Positions 1-10,203 of a stretch of 64,000 nt of DNA are shown one piece after another. This DNA comes from a bacterium (GTDB lineage Bacteria; RUG730; JBDRED01; JBHPKP01), in assembly GCA_042566505.1 (NCBI GenBank), contig JBHPKP010000001.1, positions 8,483-72,482 on the forward strand, written 5' to 3'. How positions within the stretch are numbered: position 1 is the stretch's first letter; the number at the start of each line of letters is the position of its first letter. The translations under genes and the position numbers were made by a program. Below the pieces are notes generated by a model, which saw only the letters and a program-made list of their open reading frames with translations, searched no databases and was not told where the DNA came from.

Positions 1-26
1 ACTTTCTGGAGGAGAGTTAATAGATT

Positions 27-2198
27 TTACGCTGCCATAAATAGATTTTCAAACACTCTTATATTTGGAGTTTTCTTTTGTTTAAAAAAACCTTTCATAG
101 TAACATTGAAAACATCTAAATTTATATCACCACTCAATGAATTCGCATGCACAATGGCATCTATTAATAATTCTGCTGCTGCAGGTATAATAGATTTAAA
201 AAGCTCATTCCAACATAATGCTGATAACATATCGTTATTATGCTTTATTATTGATCCAAATACCTTGAAAGGAATTAACCAATCAGGAATGACTCCCAAA
301 CTTTCATTAAGCATATAAGAATATAGGAATAAAAATTCAATATCTGCTTTAGAAATATTATTGGAATTATCGATTAATAAAAACTTACTAGCACTGAAAA
401 CTTCCTCAAAATCTATTTCTACATAATCCTCAACATCCAAATCTTGATCCATCATACCAGCTCCAGAACTTGAATAATCTCCTTTTTCGTAAAGAAATCG
501 ATACCTTTTCACAATACAATCTGGATTTAAAATAACATACTTAATATAAAATTTAACTTTATCCCCAAAAAAACACAAAAAATGCTCCATAACACCTGTT
601 TTTTGTGGCAAGACACCATTCAGCCTATCTGAAACAAGGTTATAATTAATCTTATTCCTTATAGATTCTAAGAATAATTTGAGTGCAGTTTTTGGATTGG
701 ATGCCTTCAATCTATGATCAAAATATTTTTCCTTCCATTTCCCAGCACGTGCTTTTAATAAATCATCTCCTGTTTGAATAGATGATGGTTTGTCAATATC
801 ATAAAGTTCTGCAAATTTCACTTCTTTTTTTTCATATTCACTGTTATTCATTTCTACGTTTACTACTAATTTGTCTATTACTCTATCATCAAGTCTCGCC
901 CCATCAGCATACGCATAAACAGCTGCATAATGGGAATCAATACTTTTAGCTGATTGTAAAATTTTTGGCATAGTATTGTATAGTTCTTCAAATTTGTCAT
1001 CCTTAACAAATTCATTTAGCGTAACACGTTGATGGCTAAATTGATTATACATACCTATATCAATATTACTCTTGCCTATTAATTTTCGAGCTATATGCTC
1101 TGCATAATATTCCCTAATTAAGCTATTTGTACTATACTTTGATTGTATTAGGCAGTTATCAAAAAAATGCCCCAGTTCATGACCGGATATTTTATAGAAA
1201 AGACTTCTTAATGCAGTTTCCGGATGCTTACCTTTTTCACAAGAAAAAAAGTAACGCACGATATGCATAGGTCGAAGAATAGGAGTAACGTCCCAAGTTT
1301 CTGACTCAATATCTGTAAAGTCTATAATAATATTCAAATATTTTTTTAGGAGAGATACACATTCCTTTGGTAAATAATTTTCTTCAATCAATTTATAAAA
1401 ATCTTTCAATAATTTACTTAGCTCATCTTCAAAATCTTTAATATATAAATAACTTTGAATTGCCACATATGAAGTGCAGCGTGTATTCTTTTTTGCAAAA
1501 AAATCTTTTTCCTCATTAATACTATCTTTTATACGTTTTTTATCTTCATCACTAAGCTTAGTATATTGTTCTTTTACAGCTTCTAAATCCCTACTTATTA
1601 CTTGTTTATTTACTAACCTATCATAAATTGCATTCAATTCTTTATTCTCTGATTCTTTATTCTTTAAAAAACTTATAATCTTATTGATTATAAAATAATC
1701 AATTTCCAAAAGTGACATTATAGTTTGTTGTTCAAAGGAGTTAAGATCAGTTATGGGTTTTATATTTTCTCCTATTTCATAGAAACCATATTTTTTACCA
1801 TCAATTACAGCTATACTAATAGTTGCCCCAGATTCTTTAGTGAATTTTTCATAATATCTTTCTAAATCTTTATCAAACTCAAATACCACTCCAGAATATT
1901 CCTTTTCCCCTGTGGAATATACAACTATTGTACCCTTACCCTGTTTAGCATCAAAAATGTGCTTTATTTCTATTGGCTTTGTTTTTTTATCTTTTTCCCT
2001 AAATACAGTATAAATTGTTTCGTAAATTTCAGGATGGGATTTTAGCTCGGATAAATAATTATCATTTAAGGAAGAAGGTAATCTCAAAGTATCATAAGAA
2101 GTATACTGCGAAATAACTGGCGAACACAATGTAGTCAAGTAGACACAACACACAAATAAACTAATTATTGTAATAATAGATGAATTAAACTTTTTCAT
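27..2198 (-). CDS. large secreted protein with HExxH zinc-metallopeptidase-like motif (family unknown)
   Basis: 723-aa ORF. N-terminal hydrophobic signal-like segment. HELGH motif in the central region. No further family recognised from sequence alone. Confidence 0.5.
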   Translation of the reverse strand: MKKFNSSIITIISLFVCCVYLTTLCSPVISQYTSYDTLRLPSSLNDNYLSELKSHPEIYETIYTVFREKDKKTKPIEIKHIFDAKQGKGTIVVYSTGEKEYSGVVFEFDKDLERYYEKFTKESGATISIAVIDGKKYGFYEIGENIKPITDLNSFEQQTIMSLLEIDYFIINKIISFLKNKESENKELNAIYDRLVNKQVISRDLEAVKEQYTKLSDEDKKRIKDSINEEKDFFAKKNTRCTSYVAIQSYLYIKDFEDELSKLLKDFYKLIEENYLPKECVSLLKKYLNIIIDFTDIESETWDVTPILRPMHIVRYFFSCEKGKHPETALRSLFYKISGHELGHFFDNCLIQSKYSTNSLIREYYAEHIARKLIGKSNIDIGMYNQFSHQRVTLNEFVKDDKFEELYNTMPKILQSAKSIDSHYAAVYAYADGARLDDRVIDKLVVNVEMNNSEYEKKEVKFAELYDIDKPSSIQTGDDLLKARAGKWKEKYFDHRLKASNPKTALKLFLESIRNKINYNLVSDRLNGVLPQKTGVMEHFLCFFGDKVKFYIKYVILNPDCIVKRYRFLYEKGDYSSSGAGMMDQDLDVEDYVEIDFEEVFSASKFLLIDNSNNISKADIEFLFLYSYMLNESLGVIPDWLIPFKVFGSIIKHNNDMLSALCWNELFKSIIPAAAELLIDAIVHANSLSGDINLDVFNVTMKGFFKQKKTPNIRVFENLFMAA

Positions 2199-2260
2199 AA
2201 GCCCCCCAAAGAATAAAAAACTATTGTACCATTATATTACTGAGTTTACAATATTAACAA

Positions 2261-3121
2261 TTATTCGAACACAATGGTTTTACGACCATAGGAAAGAATC
2301 CTATGCTCCAGATGAGCTTTGACTGCATTAGCAAGCACTAAACGCTCCAAATCTCGCCCCTTGCGAACCATATCATCAACAGTGTCTTTGTGGCTAACAC
2401 GTATAACATCCTGCTCGATGATCGGACCTTCATCAAGATTTTCAGTCACATAATGACTTGTTGCTCCTATAATTTTTACACCTCGATCAAATGCTTTGCC
2501 ATATGGATTTTGACCAATAAAAGCAGGAAGGAACGAATGATGGATGTTTATGATTTGACTTTTAAAGTTATTAACAAAATCCTTACCTAAAATTTGCATA
2601 TATCTGGCAAGAACTATAAAATTAATATTATTCTTTTGTAAAAGCTCTATTTCTTTCTTCTCTTGCTCTAACTTATTTTCTTTTGTTTTTGGCAAATAGT
2701 GGAAGGGAATACTGAAATCATCTGCAATACTTTTTAAATCTTCATGATTACTAATAATCAATTTAATATGCACATCCAGTTCACCAGCTCTCTGCCTAAA
2801 AAGCAAATCCAAAAGACAATGATCATATTTTGAAACAAAAATGGCAGTATCAAAATGTTTTTCAGAAAAATAGATATTCCATTGCATATTATATTCGCCT
2901 GCAATTGGACTGAAAGCATCTGCGATTTTATCTTGCTCTATCCTAAATTTATCAAGCTCCCATTCTATTCTCATAAAAAAGTAATTATTGATTGTGTCCG
3001 AATGCTGGTTTGAATTAATAATATTCCCATTATTTTCGAAAATAAATTGTGAAATTTTTGCAACAATGCCTTTTTGATCAAGGCAGGAAAGAAGTAATAT
3101 GACTGTATTTTTTTTATTCAT
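2261..3121 (-). CDS. purU: formyltetrahydrofolate deformylase
   Basis: N-terminal ACT-like domain followed by a formyltransferase domain with the NIHHSFLPAF...GATSHYVTENLDEGPII block typical of PurU. Confidence 0.85.
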   Translation of the reverse strand: MNKKNTVILLLSCLDQKGIVAKISQFIFENNGNIINSNQHSDTINNYFFMRIEWELDKFRIEQDKIADAFSPIAGEYNMQWNIYFSEKHFDTAIFVSKYDHCLLDLLFRQRAGELDVHIKLIISNHEDLKSIADDFSIPFHYLPKTKENKLEQEKKEIELLQKNNINFIVLARYMQILGKDFVNNFKSQIINIHHSFLPAFIGQNPYGKAFDRGVKIIGATSHYVTENLDEGPIIEQDVIRVSHKDTVDDMVRKGRDLERLVLANAVKAHLEHRILSYGRKTIVFE

Positions 3122-3162
3122 GTGTTTATTATTTAAAAATGTTTGATTAAGGTCAATTTATT

Positions 3163-4101
3163 TTATTTTTCCTGCATATTTTTCATCATCTTCATATACT
3201 TCAACATTGCATCCGGATCTGATATTTCATCCACACCAAAATCCTCACCTTGCCTATACATATCTGTCATTTTTTGCATCACTTCACTTGCTTCAATTGC
3301 TTCTTTTTCGGAGAGCCCTTGCTGCATATATACAGATTTTCGTTTATCTTGCCTTGTTTCAGTTTTATACTTTGAAACATCAAATAAACTATCTTCTAAT
3401 CCCTTATTAAATTTCAAAGAAATAACCTTGCTTTCAAGAAACAGTTTATTCCCTATATACATCACTACTTTATAAGGCCACCTATATTCTCCACTTACCT
3501 TTCTATAGTCCAACATTTCCATAGTGCTATCGGCATTTTTTGATTTATCCTTTTTAAATTTAGTTCTTATCAATTGCAGCCCTTTTTTGGAAACATAAAT
3601 ACTATCATAAGGGAAATAAATACTATCATTAGGTTTTTCATTTAATTTTATTTCATAACAACTCTTGCCTCGAATTGTTTTCAAACCAATAATCCTATCT
3701 TTTTGTGGATCAACAAGATTCCACCAATTATGAAAAAAGAAATCCTGCATTTTATAATTGTCCGTTCCGGGCATAGCAGATTTTTTATTATTATCTGAAA
3801 TCATCCATTTTGTTTGCCCGTCAAAAATAGTAATATTTTTATTGTCAAAAACATCTATTTGTTCCGTTCTATATTTACTGCCCTTCACATAAGCTTTTCC
3901 TTGCTGTGGCTCTTGAGAATGCGATTCATTCACATAAAATTTTGATTCTGCAATAACTTCCATATCTTTAAAATTTTTCTTAAACTCTTTTTCAATATTT
4001 TTCCCTTTAGCTATAAGTTGTGCTAAATTTGCCCCATTTACTAAAGAACTCGCAGCCAAAACTCCCAAACAAAACATTAATAAAAATTTAATTATCCGCA
4101 T
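3163..4101 (-). CDS. secreted/periplasmic hypothetical protein (LolA-like lipoprotein-sorting fold suspected)
   Basis: 312 aa with signal peptide and a Lys-rich C-terminal tail. Overall resemblance to outer-membrane lipoprotein-sorting/LolA-like proteins is weak. Confidence 0.45.
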   Translation of the reverse strand: MRIIKFLLMFCLGVLAASSLVNGANLAQLIAKGKNIEKEFKKNFKDMEVIAESKFYVNESHSQEPQQGKAYVKGSKYRTEQIDVFDNKNITIFDGQTKWMISDNNKKSAMPGTDNYKMQDFFFHNWWNLVDPQKDRIIGLKTIRGKSCYEIKLNEKPNDSIYFPYDSIYVSKKGLQLIRTKFKKDKSKNADSTMEMLDYRKVSGEYRWPYKVVMYIGNKLFLESKVISLKFNKGLEDSLFDVSKYKTETRQDKRKSVYMQQGLSEKEAIEASEVMQKMTDMYRQGEDFGVDEISDPDAMLKYMKMMKNMQEK

Positions 4102-4113
4102 CGCACAACCTCC

Positions 4114-4821
4114 TCAATGATTAATTATAAATGATCCTATTCTGTTATTCTTATCCCCGCTTCTATAAGAAAAAAATCGATCATCACATTTTGTACAGAT
4201 TTGTGATGCATGAATGTTTTTCTTACTAATTCCAAAATTTATTAATTGATTAACATTTTCAGATTCCAAATCAAGAAAATATTTGTCTTGTCTTTCTTGA
4301 ACTTCAAAATACTTTCTAAATTCTTTTCCAACTTTATAGCAGCAACTTTTTATATGCGGTCCAAACACAAAAACTATATCCGCTTTATTTACTTTTGAAT
4401 CAATGGAGTCCAAAAATTTATGCAATATTTCTTGTTGTGTTCCCTTCCAACCAACATGCAAAAGCGCTATAAATTCTCTGTTTTTATTGACAACAAAAAC
4501 AGGCAAACAATCTGCTGTAAAAATCCCTTGAATAATATTTTTTTGAAATGAAAAGAGCCCGTCACAATTAGAAACAATAGAATCTTTTTGTATATTTTTT
4601 ACCTCACTTATATTTGATGAATGGACCTGCCTGCATTGAGCAAAAGGAAAGTCATTCCAATTAATATTGAAATATTTTTCTTTGGTTAATTTTTGAAAAA
4701 GTTCTTTGCGCTTGTTTGCATCCAGCATATTACCCGATTTTTTTGTGGTAATAAGGTGTGGAATTTTTTGAACAGTTAAGTATTCATGATAGCAATAGTG
4801 GTCTTTGATTTTCCAGGTCAT
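4114..4821 (-). CDS. pgeF: YfiH/PgeF family (DUF152) purine nucleoside phosphorylase / laccase-domain protein
   Basis: Conserved CLPV...HVGWKGT block characteristic of the YfiH/PgeF family. Size 235 aa. Confidence 0.75.
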   Translation of the reverse strand: MTWKIKDHYCYHEYLTVQKIPHLITTKKSGNMLDANKRKELFQKLTKEKYFNINWNDFPFAQCRQVHSSNISEVKNIQKDSIVSNCDGLFSFQKNIIQGIFTADCLPVFVVNKNREFIALLHVGWKGTQQEILHKFLDSIDSKVNKADIVFVFGPHIKSCCYKVGKEFRKYFEVQERQDKYFLDLESENVNQLINFGISKKNIHASQICTKCDDRFFSYRSGDKNNRIGSFIINH

Positions 4822-4961
4822 AATATTATTATTTAATTATTCTATATCCAATTTTATCTGAGAATACGTTAGAACTTTGCTTATCGTGTATGCTAGCAAT
4901 ATTTTCATCTTAAGTTTCTTCTAATATCTTTAAATCTGAACTGGTATAAAAGAACAAAAGC

Positions 4962-4998
4962 AAGCTAAAACATTGCCAAAAATAGTTATTTTCGGCAA
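4962..4998 (-). terminator. putative intrinsic terminator downstream of the csp gene
   Basis: Imperfect inverted repeat TTGCCAAAAATA/TATTTTCGGCAA directly downstream of the csp stop on the minus strand, followed by a short T-rich run. Confidence 0.4.
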
Positions 4999-5018
4999 TG
5001 TAATGCTTATTAACTTTG

Positions 5019-5213
5019 TTAGCTTATTTTTTGTACATTTACTGCTTTTTTCCCCCTATCTCCTTCTGCTGAATCGAACTCAACTTTATCCCCTTCCTCT
5101 AACACTCCTGATACGATATCATTTTTGTGAACAAAAAGATCACCGCTGTTGTCTTCTGGCGTTATAAAGCCAAAGTTTTTACTTTGATTAAAAAATTTTA
5201 CTGTACCTTTCAT
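5019..5213 (-). CDS. cold-shock protein (CspA family)
   Basis: 64 aa, MKGTVKFFNQSKNFGFITPEDNSGDLFVH..., with the canonical RNP1/RNP2 cold-shock-domain motifs. Confidence 0.9.
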   Translation of the reverse strand: MKGTVKFFNQSKNFGFITPEDNSGDLFVHKNDIVSGVLEEGDKVEFDSAEGDRGKKAVNVQKIS

Positions 5214-5322
5214 AATAACACTCTCCTTTTTAGCTAAATTTATTTTACAATTTTCAATATTTCATACAACACACACAATAACAAAATTATCATTTTCTTT
5301 AAAAGAAGACACACAATAAAAA

Positions 5323-5394
5323 AGCCGGCGAAGGGAGTTGAACCCCCGACCTGCTCATTACGAATGAGATGCTCTACCACTGAGCTACGCCGGC
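5323..5394 (-). tRNA. tRNA-Thr (anticodon CGT)
   Basis: Reverse complement folds as a cloverleaf. Perfect 7-bp acceptor stem GCCGGCG/CGCCGGC, D-arm GCTC/GAGC, anticodon loop TTCGTAA, T-loop TTCAACT. CCA not encoded. Confidence 0.75.
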
Positions 5395-5489
5395 ATTATC
5401 AACCCTCACTCCTAATCCCCTCTTCCAATTCCCGACAAGCTGCTTCGAGGATGGCAGGTAGAGGGGAACACATTAAGGATAAATTATTA

Positions 5490-7850
5490 TCATTTAAATA
5501 GTTCTTCAAGCATACGTTTGCCATTTTCTAGTACTTTATCCGAAATCAAGTATTGATATTTTGGCTCTTTTATTGTACCTGTAATTTTAAAACTTGGGCT
5601 TACGCGTCCCTTTTTGTCTTTATTAAGATCTGCAAGTGTACCACCTATGACACCCTCGGGTAGTTTCACAGTTGTTAAAAGATCCAACTTTGAGTTTACA
5701 ATATTCACCGCACCTTTTGAATATACATCCATCAGATCGCTATTCATTGTAAAATCTTGTGTTTTAAGCAGGCTATTTTTTATCTCGAATGTAGATGAAA
5801 TATTATTATAATTCACCTCATTGAATGCCGGCATTTTTAGAATATTTCCAATATTAGCTAAAACTTCAACATCCTTTAGCGTTACATTTTTTGCCTTAAT
5901 ATCTCCACGACTATATAACTTTCCCCACATCATTCCTCGTCCACGAATTTTTAGATTAGCATCTAATGTTCCACTTGTAATGTTTTTTGAATACATTCCA
6001 TACATACTCAAAAACTTATAAACATTCAGACTTTTCATATTAACATTTACTAGATAATCAACCTCATCAAGTCTAACTAATGCAACTGTGACCTTTCCTT
6101 TAATTTTGCCTTCACTTGTCCTGATCTGGATAGGATTGAGCACAACAATACTATTCTTAAATTGAATATTTCCTTCAAGCGAATCAAACAAAATATTTCT
6201 AAATGTAATATTTTTCAGATTAAAGTCCCATGAAAAATCAGCATTTCTCAAAAATTCAGGCAATAACAGCTGTTTTTTCTCGTCTACCTTTTTAGATTTT
6301 ATTGGTTTAACTTGTACTTTTTCTTCCTCGTCTGATTGAATATTGGAACGCTCCAAAACATCATCGAAATCCACACCGGTTAGATTTAGCTTTGCACTGC
6401 CAATTGGGTTTTTAAAATCATCAACACTCAAATTAAATGCAAATGGTTCGTTATTAATGAGCGCTTTAATGTAGTCAATTTTTAAGCTGTCACTTTTATA
6501 GAATATCTTGGTCTTCAAATCATCGATAATTGTATTATTGATTCTGAAATGAGTATTATTAAGAAAAACAGTTCCTTCGAACTTATTAAGATTTACGGAA
6601 TTTATATAGAAAAGCTCAAGATTCATTGAACCCTTTAAATCGTATAATTTTAATATATCTGAAAAATTTGGACACAAGGCAAGATCAACATTATCAGATG
6701 ATAGATTTAAACGCACCTTGGGTTTTTTCGCTGTATAATCAAGTGTCCCTTCGGATGAAAATTTTACTTCATGCAAGTTAGTTTTAATCTTTTTGATATT
6801 TATAACTTTCATTTGATTAACAGCAATATCAAAATCCAACTCAGAACTTGTTAAATTATTTTTATTAAAATATTTTTTATAATTAATCACTGTGTCTGTT
6901 AGATTAATATTCCCATTCAAATTCAACACTTCATTAAACATTCCTTTAACTTTAAAGTCTAAAATTGCACTTCCGCTAATATCCAGCTCTTTTGAAAGTT
7001 TAATTTGCCTCTCGAAAAGTTTTAAAAAGTCATTAATATTAAATTTTTCAGATGTTACTTTTAAATCCACCTTAAACATGTCTTCTGTAAAATCAAGTTC
7101 GCCTTTTGATTCTACTTGCACATTGTTAAGATTTATGAGTAATTGTCGTAGATTAACAATCTTATTTGCAATATCAATTTTTGCATCAAGTTTCAATGAT
7201 CCATTTAGCGCAGTTCTAAAAAATCTATTGTATTTTTGAGTTCCATCTGATTTGAGTTCGATATTAAACGGTTTTAGAATTGAAAAATTTGAAGTTTTTA
7301 GGGCAAAACCCGTTATCCTAATAGGTTTATCTTTTGTTGTTTTATCGTCGTACGAAATCTCCGCGCTGCGTATTTCTATATCCGAAGCAAGGATTGGAAT
7401 AGCTGCAAGATATTTGATGTCCCATTTATCCTCGCGTTTTTGGGCGCTGAATCCTTCTTTTCCCAAACTGTAAAAATTATATTTTGAATCTGCACTTTTT
7501 ATAATACGAATTTTTGGTGATTCTATAATAATATTGCTAGGTTTGGCTTTTTTCTTTATGAGTCCAAGAAGCTGGAACTTGACCTGAACATTTGCAGCCT
7601 CCATAAATAAGTCTTGCCCTGAATCTTCAAAAACCTTTACGCTTTTCAACTTAATCCCAATCGAATCCAAACTAACTGACCCAATTTCTACTTTTCTTGC
7701 AAACATTTCACTAGCTTTTGTTTCTATGATCTGCTTAATTTTTTCAGCAGGGAAAAATATTTTTAACGCTAATAAGCCCGCGCCAATTAAAACACCCAAA
7801 ATTAGTAATGATATAAAAATAACTTTCAGTTTCTTTTTCATTCTGTACAC
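5490..7850 (-). CDS. AsmA-family outer-membrane biogenesis protein
   Basis: 786 aa. Single N-terminal membrane anchor followed by a long repetitive beta-rich region, the architecture of AsmA/TamB-like proteins. Confidence 0.65.
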   Translation of the reverse strand: MYRMKKKLKVIFISLLILGVLIGAGLLALKIFFPAEKIKQIIETKASEMFARKVEIGSVSLDSIGIKLKSVKVFEDSGQDLFMEAANVQVKFQLLGLIKKKAKPSNIIIESPKIRIIKSADSKYNFYSLGKEGFSAQKREDKWDIKYLAAIPILASDIEIRSAEISYDDKTTKDKPIRITGFALKTSNFSILKPFNIELKSDGTQKYNRFFRTALNGSLKLDAKIDIANKIVNLRQLLINLNNVQVESKGELDFTEDMFKVDLKVTSEKFNINDFLKLFERQIKLSKELDISGSAILDFKVKGMFNEVLNLNGNINLTDTVINYKKYFNKNNLTSSELDFDIAVNQMKVINIKKIKTNLHEVKFSSEGTLDYTAKKPKVRLNLSSDNVDLALCPNFSDILKLYDLKGSMNLELFYINSVNLNKFEGTVFLNNTHFRINNTIIDDLKTKIFYKSDSLKIDYIKALINNEPFAFNLSVDDFKNPIGSAKLNLTGVDFDDVLERSNIQSDEEEKVQVKPIKSKKVDEKKQLLLPEFLRNADFSWDFNLKNITFRNILFDSLEGNIQFKNSIVVLNPIQIRTSEGKIKGKVTVALVRLDEVDYLVNVNMKSLNVYKFLSMYGMYSKNITSGTLDANLKIRGRGMMWGKLYSRGDIKAKNVTLKDVEVLANIGNILKMPAFNEVNYNNISSTFEIKNSLLKTQDFTMNSDLMDVYSKGAVNIVNSKLDLLTTVKLPEGVIGGTLADLNKDKKGRVSPSFKITGTIKEPKYQYLISDKVLENGKRMLEELFK

Positions 7851-7871
7851 TCCGGTTTATTTTAAATCTGC

Positions 7872-9461
7872 TCAATTTCCCCACGATTTATAATCAATAT
7901 GCTGAAAAATGTTATCCATTGATTCTATTTCTTTTAAATAAGTCTCATTGATTTGGTTAGATTGAATAGCATCGTAAAGTTTCAAGAATCTATTGATATG
8001 ATCCTTTGTGCGTTTGAGCGCATATTCTGTCATTGTCCCTGTACTTAGTATAAATGCCCAGTCACTGGACTGAGCAAGTAGAAGTTCACGGCCCGCCTGA
8101 TTCAATGCTCGCTTTTTCAAGCCATAAGTATCTTTATTTTGCTGCGCTAGTTCTGTCATGAGATCGCCAATTTTATGCAAATGTCTATAGACCCAATCAT
8201 TGTCGCCATTCAACCAAAATTCATTGTAACCCTTGTTTCCCCAAGACGAACAAGTTGGCTGCTGCACTTGCAATACTTGATTTTCATTGAGGTATTCACT
8301 TGGAGTTATGGTTCTAATTGTATCCTGATCATGTTGAAGTTTTCTGAATAAGAAATTCAGGAACTTAGGTCCTTCATACCACCAATGCCCAAATAGTTCT
8401 GCATCATACGGTGCCACAATAATAGGTTTACGGTCCATTGCATCATGCAAATATTCTACCTGCTTCTGCCTGTTGAATAAAAAATTACCTGCATGCTCTG
8501 CCGCTGCTTCACATGCACTAAACGGACTATACGGCTGCTTTTGACCCATACCAACTTTGCCTGTGATTTTGTGATACTTTATTCCAATGCCTCGTTTCAC
8601 TCCATCTTCATGTAAATATGGCTTAACATAATCATACTCCAAATCATAACCTGCATCCCTATAAAATTCTCTATATCTATAATCACCCGGATACCCGGTC
8701 TCTGCACTCCATACCTGCTGCGACGATTCAATATCACGCCCAAAAACAGCCACACCTGATTCACAATAGATAGGTGAATAAATTCCATACCTCGGACGAG
8801 GCGAACCATATAGGATGCCATGTGTATCTGTAAAGAAATATTTAATATCAGAGTCTTTTAAGAACTTATCATATCCAATTCTATATCCACATTCAGGCAG
8901 CCAAATACCCTTAGGCTCACGTCCAAAGTGTACTTTATAATCCTCACATGCAACCTTGATTTGCGCTTTAACATTGTTTTCATTGATCATAAGCGGCAAG
9001 AATCCATGCGTAGCGCCGCATGTAATAATTTCCAGTTTCCCAAAATCCTGGAACTTTTTGAATGCATTTAAAAGTTTGCCATTGTATTTATCATTAAAAA
9101 TATGCCAGCAACTTTTGAATTTACTCTCATACATTTTTGCAGCTTCATAGAATGGTGTATAAAACGTCCGCTCAAGCTCCTTTTCTGAAAATTCTATATT
9201 TTTTTTAAGATGCCGCGTGTAACGCTCACATAGAAGTTCATCGGAAAGCATATTACAAAGTGTAGGAGTAAGCGACATTGTGATACGAAAATCTATACCA
9301 TGATCTATCAATCCATCAAATACTTGTATTAGTGGTATATATGTTTCAGTAATAGCTTCATATAACCAATCTTCTTCTAGAAAATCATTGTATTCCGGAT
9401 GCCTGACAAATGGCAAATGCGCATGAAGCACTAAACATAAATAACCTTTTTCATTCAACAT
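7872..9461 (-). CDS. glycoside hydrolase family 57 protein, probable 1,4-alpha-glucan branching enzyme
   Basis: N-terminal LVLHAHLPFVRHPEY motif and ~530 aa length typical of GH57 branching enzymes. Confidence 0.75.
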   Translation of the reverse strand: MLNEKGYLCLVLHAHLPFVRHPEYNDFLEEDWLYEAITETYIPLIQVFDGLIDHGIDFRITMSLTPTLCNMLSDELLCERYTRHLKKNIEFSEKELERTFYTPFYEAAKMYESKFKSCWHIFNDKYNGKLLNAFKKFQDFGKLEIITCGATHGFLPLMINENNVKAQIKVACEDYKVHFGREPKGIWLPECGYRIGYDKFLKDSDIKYFFTDTHGILYGSPRPRYGIYSPIYCESGVAVFGRDIESSQQVWSAETGYPGDYRYREFYRDAGYDLEYDYVKPYLHEDGVKRGIGIKYHKITGKVGMGQKQPYSPFSACEAAAEHAGNFLFNRQKQVEYLHDAMDRKPIIVAPYDAELFGHWWYEGPKFLNFLFRKLQHDQDTIRTITPSEYLNENQVLQVQQPTCSSWGNKGYNEFWLNGDNDWVYRHLHKIGDLMTELAQQNKDTYGLKKRALNQAGRELLLAQSSDWAFILSTGTMTEYALKRTKDHINRFLKLYDAIQSNQINETYLKEIESMDNIFQHIDYKSWGN

Positions 9462-9491
9462 ATTAACCTCATAAAATTTTGGGGGAGGCAG

Positions 9492-10091
9492 CTATTTTTT
9501 CTGTAATTCAGAAGAACTAAAATTAAATTCTGTCACTCTCTGTTTTAGCATATTAACTATTTCGTCAGACGAACCAGGAGTCTTATTTTGCAATGACTCT
9601 AAAAAAGAGCGGAATTCGTCAGTTATTTGCATCCAATTTGCATCAAATTTATCAGACACCTTATCAGACGGCATATAAATCACATTTGAACGTGCCAAAA
9701 TTACAAAATGCCCTTCATCAAATAAGTAGCCCATTTCTGCACAAAAGACCTTGCAAGCACCATCATTTGAGTCCACATACCAGTTTCTTGTCTCAAAATC
9801 CACATCAACATCAAACGAATAATGTTGGTTAGTTCCATTAAACTCAATATTGGTTATATCGTAAAATCTAATTATTGCTTGAGAAGCTGCGAAAAGTTCA
9901 AAACCATAAAAATTCAAAATTTCTTGATGATGCTTATCATTAATATCCCAATAAGCAAATATTTTAGAAGGATTGCATGGCATAATTACAAGTTTAGTTT
10001 CATTATATCTAAGCGGCAAATCGTTAGTATTTTTTCCGACTTGTTTTTGAAGAGGAGTTTGACCAAAATTTGTATTTGAGTACATGTTCAA
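9492..10091 (-). CDS. hypothetical protein (possibly the DUF4912-type partner often found beside GH57 genes)
   Basis: 199-aa ORF immediately downstream of and co-oriented with the GH57 gene. Family assignment is from memory of the GH57/DUF4912 gene pair and is not verified. Confidence 0.4.
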   Translation of the reverse strand: MNMYSNTNFGQTPLQKQVGKNTNDLPLRYNETKLVIMPCNPSKIFAYWDINDKHHQEILNFYGFELFAASQAIIRFYDITNIEFNGTNQHYSFDVDVDFETRNWYVDSNDGACKVFCAEMGYLFDEGHFVILARSNVIYMPSDKVSDKFDANWMQITDEFRSFLESLQNKTPGSSDEIVNMLKQRVTEFNFSSSELQKK

Positions 10092-10203
10092 TAATTTCCT
10101 TTTGATTCATAATGAATATTAAATATAACGTTTTATTTTATTTGTTTTTAGACAAAAACACAATAAAATTTTCATGAAGTTTTGATGCATTTATGAAAGG
10201 ACT

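Noticed and set aside
3143-3475. 110-aa plus-strand ORF (and 3207-3410) overlapping the 3163-4101 gene
   Set aside because: Antisense to a longer ORF with signal peptide. Low-complexity Ile/Phe/Ser-rich translation.
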